Part shown: positions 50,302 to 61,315 of the stretch, in pieces
How the letters are laid out: each line of letters starts with the position of its first letter
How positions within the stretch are numbered: the first letter of the stretch is position 1
Source of the DNA: Laetmonice hystrix
Lineage: Eukaryota
Assembly (NCBI GenBank): GCA_965235115.1
Contig: OZ249440.1
Location: 7,440,001 to 7,504,000, forward strand
DNA: 64,000 bases
Reading direction: 5' to 3'
Translations under genes and position numbers: made by a program
Notes under the pieces: model-generated
Seen by the model: only the letters and a program-made list of their open reading frames with translations
Told to the model about the DNA's origin: nothing
Database searches by the model: none

Positions 50302-53300
50302 AATAGAATTAAGCAAATATTTATAATTTGCATAGTTTGTGGTGTGTATGTTTACAGTTTTGTAAAAAGAAATATTGTGATCTATTGAAACCGAATTTCA
50401 GATTTATTTGTTTAGATGGGTTAAAGTGAGAATAATTCAGTTATTAAAGCAAACAGAGGCTATCTCTTTTTTCAATGACTCCAAAATACAGACATGGGCT
50501 GTTAGGTTAGATAAGGTCTTAGACTATATAAATGGAGAAATCCAATAAAATTCAACGTTCCATTTGCATGTTGGCACTATGAAGTGATCATCTTATGGCT
50601 GGTTGTTGACAAAATCGTTTACCTGACGTCGACTTAACAGCCAATGAAATTTATCAATGTTCAAGTCAATGCCAGGTCAACAACCAGGCATGAGACGATC
50701 GCTTCATAGGGACAACAGGCAACTGGAATGGATTTCTCCATTTCTGTGGGTATACATTTATTGATTTGTGTAGTCTAAGGCCTTATCTATTTTCTTTAAA
50801 TAAAGGTCAAGATCCTCTGATCAAATTGTACTGAATAAGTTTGAGAGAAAGTTACCTGAGTCAGAATGTTTTCACCAAGTTAGCGTTAAAACCTGATCAT
50901 GTTCATTCTTCATCTTCAACGTCCTAGAATGGAAGACTGCTGACATAAAAGTTCAGCTGTATGCCCTTAGTGCACACTGATCACAAGAAATAACAAATAA
51001 CATGGCAGTAAGGTATGATGTTCTTTGGTTAAAAGAAAGTAGGCAGACATTCCACACGTTGTATCACTGACAGAATGGTGCTTTCATACATCATAAGAAT
51101 TCAGGAGAGTATCGGATTATTCTGTCAGGATCAAACCATTAATAGGATTTATTGTAAGCCAGGGTCAGAGTTTCAAAGGTCACTAAGCCAGTAATCATTG
51201 GAAGGGCTCTGAATGATGCAAACCTAGATTAAATGCTATGATTGTTGTACTTTTTGTACGTACATGTATTTGGTAGTTTTCTGTATGCACCGTGAGGACT
51301 TTTCCATCACCTCCAAACTCTGTATGACCCCCAACCATCAACACCCTGTGTGTACAGAGTGAAACGCAGGCACATTCCTGGAGATGATGTCCATAGATAG
51401 GTAATTGGAATAAACGGTTCAGTCACATCTCGATGGCTAAATGTAACAAATTTCATTCATACATAATGCCATGCAGTAGTGTTGACAAATAGTACTCAGA
51501 CTGCATAAGCACAAAACCAAGTCTGCCCAACGGTAAAATGAGAATAAATTGGTGCAAAATAGATATTTGTATATATGTTCTTTGAAAGGTTTAATGTATC
51601 TGCTTTTTTTGGCATTATTTTAATCACAACTGGAACAGAACCGGAAAGAAGAAACCAAGCATACACCAGATAACCTAGTACATTATGACAAAAGTACTTT
51701 CCGCAGGAAACATGTATGCTTGTGTCAGTGTGTTAATTCAGAAACTGCAATACTTAACAGTAGCTATAATTGTGCTTTTGACATGTACTGGTCTGGTCGT
51801 TAAAAGTTCATTTCCAAAAACACTTGTACATATGTACTGGTAGTTCAGTCTGCCATAGTTGATCGTGACTGCAGAATGGAGTGTATTGCAACTTTCAGAT
51901 TTGTATATTCGAAAAGCAGGTAACTCTAATAACAGTAAATAAACCATATATTAAATCAGTGGTATGTTTGCGTGTTGTCCCAGTTCAGACCCAAAAGTAG
52001 AGATCTGATACTTGTCTATTTTATGGGGAACATGGTCGCCGCTTTTTCCGCATAGAATAGAATAGAATTAAGCAAATATTTATAATTTGCATAGTTTGTG
52101 GTGTGTATGTTTACAGTTTTGTAAAAAGAAATATTGTGATCTATTGAAACCGAATTTCAGATTTATTTGTTTAGATGGGTTAAAGTGAGAATAATTCAGT
52201 TATTAAAGCAAACAGAGGCTATCTCTTTTTTCAATGACTCCAAAATACAGACATGGGCTGTTAGGTTAGATAAGGTCTTAGACTATATAAATGGAGAAAT
52301 CCAATAAAATTCAACGTTCCATTTGCATGTTGGCACTATGAAGTGATCATCTTATGGCTGGTTGTTGACAAAATCGTTTACCTGACGTCGACTTAACAGC
52401 CAATGAAATTTATCAATGTTCAAGTCAATGCCAGGTCAACAACCAGGCATGAGACGATCGCTTCATAGGGACAACAGGCAACTGGAATGGATTTCTCCAT
52501 TTCTGTGGGTATACATTTATTGATTTGTGTAGTCTAAGGCCTTATCTATTTTCTTTAAATAAAGGTCAAGATCCTCTGATCAAATTGTACTGAATAAGTT
52601 TGAGAGAAAGTTACCTGAGTCAGAATGTTTTCACCAAGTTAGCGTTAAAACCTGATCATGTTCATTCTTCATCTTCAACGTCCTAGAATGGAAGACTGCT
52701 GACATAAAAGTTCAGCTGTATGCCCTTAGTGCACACTGATCACAAGAAATAACAAATAACATGGCAGTAAGGTATGATGTTCTTTGGTTAAAAGAAAGTA
52801 GGCAGACATTCCACACGTTGTATCACTGACAGAATGGTGCTTTCATACATCATAAGAATTCAGGAGAGTATCGGATTATTCTGTCAGGATCAAACCATTA
52901 ATAGGATTTATTGTAAGCCAGGGTCAGAGTTTCAAAGGTCACTAAGCCAGTAATCATTGGAAGGGCTCTGAATGATGCAAACCTAGATTAAATGCTATGA
53001 TTGTTGTACTTTTTGTACGTACATGTATTTGGTAGTTTTCTGTATGCACCGTGAGGACTTTTCCATCACCTCCAAACTCTGTATGACCCCCAACCATCAA
53101 CACCCTGTGTGTACAGAGTGAAACGCAGGCACATTCCTGGAGATGATGTCCATAGATAGGTAATTGGAATAAACGGTTCAGTCACATCTCGATGGCTAAA
53201 TGTAACAAATTTCATTCATACATAATGCCATGCAGTAGTGTTGACAAATAGTACTCAGACTGCATAAGCACAAAACCAAGTCTGCCCAACGGTAAAATGA

Positions 53301-53812
53301 GAATAAATTGGTGCAAAATAGATATTTGTATATATGTTCTTTGAAAGGTTTAATGTATCTGCTTTTTTTGGCATTATTTTAATCACAACTGGAACAGAAC
53401 CGGAAAGAAGAAACCAAGCATACACCAGATAACCTAGTACATTATGACAAAAGTACTTTCCGCAGGAAACATGTATGCTTGTGTCAGTGTGTTAATTCAG
53501 AAACTGCAATACTTAACAGTAGCTATAATTGTGCTTTTGACATGTACTGGTCTGGTCGTTAAAAGTTCATTTCCAAAAACACTTGTACATATGTACTGGT
53601 AGTTCAGTCTGCCATAGTTGATCGTGACTGCAGAATGGAGTGTATTGCAACTTTCAGATTTGTATATTCGAAAAGCAGGTAACTCTAATAACAGTAAATA
53701 AACCATATATTAAATCAGTGGTATGTTTGCGTGTTGTCCCAGTTCAGACCCAAAAGTAGAGATCTGATACTTGTCTATTTTATGGGGAACATGGTCGCCG
53801 CTTTTTCCGCAT
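50302..53812 (+). repeat. Tandem duplication of a 1752-bp unit (50302-52053 and 52061-53812) with a 7-nt junction insert
   Basis: Offset 1759 bp (identical ORFs at 51738 and 53497); no differences seen in the stretches compared. Confidence 0.95.
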
Positions 53813-54139
53813 GGCGGCAGCACTGTGCAAGCGGTTCAGAAGGCGACATTTTAGCATAGAATTAGATAGGCTGATATCTGCTAATCTGTGGCTGGTTGCC
53901 ATACCGACATTTGTTCTAAAAAGTTATGACAATTTTTAAACTTCTTTCATTCACTTTAGTCCAAATGAGTTAATATTATTTAGTAATGATAAGGTTAGGT
54001 CATCCTACAGCACATTAGCATTTCTTCGTCCTATCTAAACTTATGCTAACGTACTGCAGCAAGGACTGCTTGCACAGTGCTGCCGCCTTGCGGATTTGAC
54101 TTGAAATCCCCATTGCGCATGCGTCTAATGTACCCCATT
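53782..54139. mobile_element. MITE with subterminal inverted repeat
   Basis: CCGCATGGCGGCAGCACTGTGCAAGC pairs with GCTTGCACAGTGCTGCCGCCTTGCGG; ATGGGGAACAT / ATGTACCCCAT ends; second copy at 46207-47224. Confidence 0.7.
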
Positions 54140-54464
54140 GCCGTCCTTGTCTTTTTTTCTGTTATGAAATGCCCCATTTATGGCACCTTTTCCCCAATCA
54201 AAGAAAAAAAACTGAGCTTTTCACAAGTTAGATGCAGATAATAATCTGCTTTATTTGCTCACAAAAAGATGCATCACTTTCAGTTTTTATGCGGTGTTTT
54301 AGTAGCTTCATAGCTTATATATACCACCTCCTATGTTACATATCACCCAAGTTATCAGTCTTTAATAATTAATTTAATGAGGTTTTTTCTTCACACACAG
54401 ATATGTTTATAATGCCACCATTCACGTTGTGTCATTCAAACATACAATTTTTGAATTTACAGTA

Positions 54465-55078
54465 CTATTTACTGGACTTTTCCTTCTGAAGTCTTGCAGC
54501 TTTTGACTTCTGTGCACTGTACAAAACTCCACCAAGGAGGGCAACAACGGTGAAGCCCTGTGCCCCAACTCTCAACCGCATCATCTTTTGAGACATGATC
54601 TGATCACCAGTCTTTAACTGCCATAGTCCATATGTTAGAGCGAACACTGTCACGGAGAGGCCTGTAATGACATAAGAAAAAGATAAATTCATTAAATCCT
54701 TTAATTAATCATCACTGATGGATTCATCCAAAGTTCTTTTCATCATTTGAAGTTCAATACCTTAACTCCTCCATTTTTTCATGTGTCAGTAGAAATAATT
54801 CATTTACATAGTATTACTTTGGCTTACATTGTACATTGCTAACTCTTAAAAGATCTTCTAATATTAGTCAGGTACCAAATGAGGTAACAACTGAAGTTAA
54901 CAATTTCAGGTGGCAACCTACCAACTGGGACAAATGGGTTTTCCTTCACTTTCCGGACAAACTTCTCCTTGGCACCCTCCTGTTCTGGCCACTGAAGCAT
55001 ATCTGACTTTGGAAAGTCTATATATCCAAATTCTTCTCGTTTTACTCTTGGTATGACTGGCTCACCACTTGATGCCAT
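54465..55078 (-). CDS. HIGD2A: HIG1 domain family member 2A-like (117 aa)
   Basis: Exons 55078-54922 (phase 1) and 54661-54465; KEKFVRKVKENPFVPVG..ALTYGL..SQKMMRLRVGAQGFTV matches the HIG1 domain of the HIGD2A/Rcf1 type. Confidence 0.9.
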
Positions 55079-55699
55079 TTCTTAAGACTTGAGAATCTAG
55101 TCTGACTAAAGGTTTCTGACAAAAAAATTAGTGGTATAAACTGAAGTCTGTTTTCAACATGACACATACAATGCTAGTCTCATACCAACCCAGTGGCCCA
55201 GGTTCAAAATGCCAAGACAAATGTCGAAATGAGTCAAGCTTAATCCTGTCTTGGGCTTAGGTTAGGCTTAGTCTGCAAGGACAATCACTGGCAGAGTAAG
55301 CTCACTGTTACCACTACTAGCGTCAATAACTTAGTGTAGTGTAGGCTTGATCATAAGTTGTCTGTCCCACGCTCATTCAGTGCCAGGCCTACTAGGCAGT
55401 AGTGTCAATAAGTTACTGTATAAAAGCCTATGTCTATGAGTATGACTAGGCCCTAGGGCTAGGGCTGGCACACTGTCACTGCCACCTTTTGTCTTGCCTC
55501 TTGGCTTTGCAACTGCAAGTTTTGCCCTAGTACTCCCTAGCCTGCTGCCTAGTTCTAGCTCTTCAGTGACTTCACTACGTCTTCAATCACTTGTTACAGT
55601 GATTTTGTTTACTTTGGAGTTTTGGTTTCAGAATCCAGTTTTGTCATTGGAGAGTCCTTCTGTTTTAAAAAGTCAACTATCTCCTTGACAGCTCTCCTC

Positions 55700-55943
55700 T
55701 CCACTGGATTAACCGGAAGAACACCACTCACGGCGGAAGCCGGATTACGGCTTCTTTTGCGACTAGAAACATAGCCAGAAATATTTCTAAAATAGGTATT
55801 CCCATTGATATTATATCACGGTTAAAATATTTTTCTATTAATTAAACTCAGCCTTTTAAAAATTTATAATAATAACTATAAATATGAAAAGAAACAATGT
55901 CGTCCCTTGTCTATAAGAACCCACTTCTGTCAACAGTGCCAAC
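55700..55943. promoter_or_regulatory. Bidirectional promoter HIGD2A(-)/BNIP1(+)
   Basis: Head-to-head genes with ATGs 866 bp apart; two ETS/GABP-type CGGAAG sites (55712-55719, 55733-55739); YY1-like ACATGGCGG at the BNIP1 ATG. Confidence 0.55.
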
Positions 55944-58890
55944 ATGGCGGTGGACGATGGACTTGTGAAAGTTTGTCAACAAGAAATAATTAAATTGGAC
56001 CTTCAACTTAAGGCAATAATTCAGGTAATTAAATTTATACTTTTAACGTAATGTTTATAGCTTTCTAAACCGTATGACATGTGAAAATAGTGTGTAGATA
56101 CAAATAGATTATTTTAATGTACCGATTCTTGGCTCTGGCCCTGGCTGGGGTCCCTGGCCTGGGTCTGACGCTTGACGGTAACTGTAACGTGTAATGTACC
56201 TAGCATTTGCACTGCCAAGTTGGCATAATCTCTTTTAAACCCCGGTAAATAGATTTGATTGAGTAATATGATGTAGGTGCTACCTAGAGGGCGAGCGCAG
56301 CGACGGGAGGCCTACAATATCATACTATAACAATATACAATGTCAGGACTGGTCACTTAGCAGCACGGACGTCGAGATATTGTGGCGTCACAGTGAACAA
56401 ACACTCACGCGACTGTTTGTTCACTGTGACGTCACAAATCACACACGCGCTGCAAGGGTCACATGACCCTCCATGGATTTCTCCATGGATTTGCTCCATG
56501 GTTTTTCCGGTTCCGGTTTTACGTGACGAAATTTTTTGGTGAGACGGTATGTGTCACCTTGGCTACCGTTTCACACGTGTTGTCATAGAGCTCGCTTCGC
56601 GAGCCGCTGCGCGGCTCGCTTGCGCTCGCTATTATTATTTAAAATTGTTCGTCACATTCACTGCAATGACCAATCATGTCAGGTAGGTAGGTCCTCCTCA
56701 GGCTAAGGGTAAGGCTCAGGTATAGACATAGTCAGTGCATAACGTCATATGTGTCTCAATTTCTTCTGTTTTTAACCCTTTCAGGGCGAACGATGCCTTG
56801 AGGCATTACCGTGCCAGGGCGGACGATGCCTTGAGGCATTACCGCCCCAGGGCGAACGATGCCTTGACTGGCTTGAGGCACTTTTTTGTCTACTCCGACC
56901 ACTCCACGTAAATCCGGCCCATTGATAGCAAAGATGTCAATCACCCAACTACAATTGTCGAGTAGCTGTACTAACTCCTCCCCCTTACATTTTACATTGA
57001 TTGCTATTGTCTTTTAGACATTTACGTGTCCCAAAATCACGTTTTTCAAGACGAAAATCCAAAATGGCTCGCCCACGTGGGGTGGTGCGCAAAACTGGGT
57101 CAGCCTCTGTGACGACTGTGACTTAACAAACGTCGCTGGCATAGGGTTAAATGATGAATTTTTTGGTTTTTGCCTGGTTTTCCTTGGGAAACGGAAAATC
57201 ACAGTGGTTTTTAGATAGTGAATTAGTGTATGTTTAGTCTGCGCTATTTCTACATTATTTGACCATACTCGTCTTCCGTAACAACTGGCCATTTATAGGT
57301 CTACGGTTAGGGTTGGGATAGCACATATTTATGATATTCTGCATGCCCACCGTCAAATAGCACTGCTAAATTAAACTGCATGTATTTGATTTCTTAACTT
57401 CTTTTTTTCAGGATACAAGGCAGTGCAATGGTCCCATGGAAGTGCTACATGACCTGAACCATCAGGCAAGAGAAAAGATCCAAGCACTTAGGGGAAAAAT
57501 TGAAGTGTGTATCATTAATATTGATGAGCATTAATATTAAAGAACATTATGTTCGATGAAAAATATCAATAGCTATACAGTTAGATAGTACACAGTTAGA
57601 TCTAAATCTATAAAATCTTATTTCTTGCAGCTGGCCTAGCTGGAACTATTGCTTGTACTTGGAGTCTGTTAGACTAATCTAGTATTTATGCTAGTCCAAT
57701 AAAGGTACTAGTTTTTGTACCAATTTTACTATAAGGAGCTCCAGAGACTGGCAAGAGAGCAGGATAAGGAAGTAGACCAAGTTGCACTCCTGAAGCATGC
57801 TGAAAATCACCACAAGCAACTTGTAAGGTGAGTATTGTTCATCATTAATACATTTCAATATTTGTTCTTACTTCACTTATATATTTTCTAAATCTCTCAG
57901 TTGTGCCATTTATCCAGCATAGCCAAATAATGGGATTGACTTGAAGAGTCATTTAATATTAAGTAGCAATACTAAAAATGTTCGTTTCATTGTTACTCTC
58001 TTCCTAAAGCACACAAACTGTCCTGCGGCAAGCAAATGTGGCATGTCAGATGTCAATTGAAAAAGCAGAGAAGGAAAATCTTCTCCATGGCAGTGCTCAG
58101 GCTAGACAAAGGTATTTTCATAGTTAATGATCACTACAAATATTATGTCTTCCAAAAAATAATGAGTTTTTTATCATATAAAATGCGCGATGAATCTTGA
58201 GGTAATTATTGTCACAATAAAGTTTCGATCATGATACAGTGCTGTAAATAGATTTTGTAAACATATTTTACAGAGTCAAGTCCAATAAGGAAAATCTAGC
58301 CAAAACATCAACCTCCATCACGGGTAATTTGATGGGCGTGAGTCGAATGATGGCATCTCAAGTGGAGCAGAGTGAACGGACAATGAACACACTCGGTACG
58401 GTTTAATATTTGAGAATGATAACTTCAAAGCACATTCTGAAACTGACCATGAAACTGAACAATTTGCTGTTTAAAATCCTGCTACCCTTGGTCATGGGCA
58501 TATGGGGACTCTTTGGTTAAAGGGGGCAGAGGGGTTGATTTTATTTTAGAAACAATGATTATTAATACAATCAACTAATTATACCCTTCGTCGGCTTGCA
58601 GTAGGAAGTATAATATCGGAAAGTTACCAGGCTTTGCAGGCTAAGATTTTTCAGCGTTCTGTCAACTTTTCTATGTTTTTTCCCCAACAGTGTCATCATC
58701 CCAGCAAGTGTCAAAAGTCCATGGAGAGTTTGATAGTATGTCGGTTCACATCCAACAGTCACACAAACTACTGACCAAATACAGCCGTCGTGAATGCACT
58801 GACAAACTCCTCATCTTCCTTGCCCTTGTCTTCTTCTTTGCTACTGTTGTCTACATCCTAAAGAAGCGATTGTTCAGTGCGGCAACATGA
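55944..58890 (+). CDS. BNIP1: Vesicle transport protein SEC20 / BNIP1 (229 aa)
   Basis: Exons 55944-56024, 57412-57504, 57736-57827, 58010-58111, 58274-58395, 58691-58890 join in phase (690 nt). VCQQEIIKLDL..KAIIQD, LMGVSRMMASQVEQSE, KY.RRE.TDKLLIFLAL..F.ATV.YILKKRLF (Sec20 SNARE with C-terminal TM). Confidence 0.95.
56291..56630. mobile_element. Small repeat with GCGAGCGC-type inverted ends and an internal 17-bp perfect hairpin (possible Helentron/HINE-like)
   Basis: GCGAGCGCAGCGA ... TCGCTTGCGCTCGC; stem GTCACAGTGAACAAACA (56387-56403) / TGTTTGTTCACTGTGAC (56414-56430). Confidence 0.4.
56772..57150. mobile_element. piggyBac-like MITE containing a 33-bp tandem repeat (x2.5)
   Basis: TTAA-CCCTTT ... 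ATAGGG-TTAA termini; internal unit GGGCG(A/G)ACGATGCCTTGAGGCATTACCG..CA. Confidence 0.55.
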
Positions 58891-59668
58891 CAGTTCACGT
58901 TTCAATTAGGTTAAATTTATATCTTAATGAAGACCCTAAAAATACATTAAATATACAAATGTATATGTAAACGTTAAGTGCAGTTTAATAATATATGAAG
59001 AATTATGTGATATATACCTGGTTCTTTGCCAGAGTAGGTTCAATTTCTTTGTGAAAAATGGAAATAAACATTTGAAATATTTGCAACTATCATGGTCGAA
59101 GTATTTTTTGATCTGGAATTCTGTTAATTTCTACATTATTTTCTGGCCCTGGTGGGGGGGGGGGGTCATTCAATTTGTTTACTTCTGTACTTCTGCAAGA
59201 ATTTACGGTTTTTGTAACTATAAAATTGGCTGTCAGATAAAAGTAACAATCATACCTCATATCCGCATACACTTGGAGACTTTGTATTTCTTAATTTCCC
59301 AATATCGATTGACTTTTCTGCATCCCCTTTTACCCCATTTAATTCACATCAGGCATAAAGTTTAGGTACCTGGGCATGTGTGGTAATTCAATCAAACTAA
59401 GATAATCTTATCTAGCCATTGCCGTCTAAATATAAACTGCCTATTTTATTCAATACGACACAAGCAAAATTCCATTAATTAGGGACTCCCTGCATAACTA
59501 CATTTTCTATGTCTTGAGCATGGATAAATTCGTGTGCTACGCCCTCTGGTGATCATGAGTATGCCATTTATTGTGCGCCCCCTGGTGATTACCTGTGGAA
59601 GTCTTATCAGAGAGTGTACAGAGGCAAAGTCGAAATGACCGCTGACTGAACAACTGGTACATTCTACA

Positions 59669-61315
59669 ATGACTTCGAAAACAGCAATCTCCAACTTTGT
59701 CGAGATCGGAAAGAAAATAGTCGCTGTTGGTAGAAATTTCAGGTAAAATAACTAAGACAGCCCGGTATAGCGAGGAGGCCAGGAGTCCAACCCGCCTGCG
59801 AGGTTGAAGCCGAGTGACCGGCCGGGGTAGGACCCGCACTCTCTGCCGGGACTGGAGGGAGGCGGTGTCCGCGTGCCCGTGGGCGTGGCGGCCTTGACAT
59901 TGGCAGGCCGGAGGGTTATGGGGTGGTGTAGTGTTCCTGGGGCATACAGCACCGACCAGTCGTCACACACTAGTAGCATAGATCATTGTCACTGTCGGGC
60001 TATTTTATGCTCGTCCCGTTTACCTCGGATGGTAGGATATAGGTCGGCCTATTTACGTAGTAAAGGCAGCGATAACTGCATGGTAACATATGGATCCAAT
60101 GGCCCTAGGCCATGCAGTGTCGCCCCCTGGTGAATGGCCCGCGTACCAGGGTAGATAATAGTTCCCCCACCCCATTTTACATCTTGGGTGCATTTGTGGT
60201 AACATAGGTCGATTTTTCTACAACATTTTTGCGAGGGGAACAGTCATTTACATAAATATTAGTTCAGAGTAACTGAGAGAAAACATAAACACGCGTTTAG
60301 TGTATGCATGGAAAAGGGATCCTACCAAGGCCAAGCAGGCCTATAATAATTCTTTGGTTTGCCTAAATTTGGTGCAATCAGAACCCATAATTAATGAGTA
60401 ATTGTATAAATTCCCATAAAAGAACAGAATTTTGGACGACTATAAAATATGGACATGGATGAAAATCTAAATATATAGGAAAGTTGCCTGGTTATGTGTT
60501 CTTTTTCTCTTTCTACTCAGTGAGCATGCTGCAGAGCTTGGCAATGCTGTCCCCACAGAACCAGTACTCTTCTTTAAACCAACCTCATCATACATCGTTC
60601 AAGGTCAACCCATAAAGGTACCAGGATATTTCTCCATTAACAAGTGAAGAAATCCTTTATATTCGGATCCTTTTATAATAATAATAATAGATGTAACAGA
60701 TGTCCCATCCTCTACAAAGCAACCTCCATGGAGAGACAAGTTGCAACATTATTAAATGGCACTTGATATAATATAACGGTATATAGTACTCGTCTTGAAT
60801 TACATGATTTATCTTTTGAACAGCTCCCACCCGGTGCTACTGAACTTCACCACGAAGTGGAGCTAGGGTTGGTGATTGGTAAAGATGGCGCTGACATCTC
60901 AGCTTCCAGCGCAATGGATCACGTGGCTGGATACACACTGGCTCTTGATATGACAGACCGTGCAAAACAAACCCAGCTCAAGAGTAAAGGTCTTCCCTGG
61001 TCACTTGCCAAAGGTTTTGATACTTCATGCCCTGTTAGCGAGTTTATCACGAAAGATAAAATCCCAGATATCAACAACTTAGACTTGTGGCTTAAAGTCA
61101 ATGGTGACCTCCGCCAAGAGGGTAACACTAACAATATGATCTTTAAGGTACCTTTCCTTATCAGTTACATCAGCCAGTATTTTAAACTGGAGCGAGGTGA
61201 TCTAATTTTGACTGGAACACCGCAAGGCGTGGGTCCAGTGGTGCCAGGTGATATCATTGAATGTGGCTTGAAGGATATTGTATCCATGAAATTCAATGTT
61301 GAGGCTAGACGTTGA
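59669..61315 (+). CDS. FAHD1: Fumarylacetoacetate hydrolase domain-containing protein 1 (acylpyruvase / oxaloacetate decarboxylase), 220 aa
   Basis: Exons 59669-59742, 60521-60617, 60824-61315 in phase; [71 protein letters not shown]. Confidence 0.95.

Noticed and set aside
49200-54460. NOP16 expected between ARL10 and HIGD2A from human synteny
   Set aside because: No NOP16-like coding exons found; the region is AT-rich UTR-like DNA plus the tandem duplication.
56786-56870. Short palindromic direct repeats (ATGCCTTGAGGCAT) that look CRISPR-like
   Set aside because: Only 2.5 units, intervening bases are short and near-identical, eukaryotic intron inside a piggyBac-like MITE, no cas genes.
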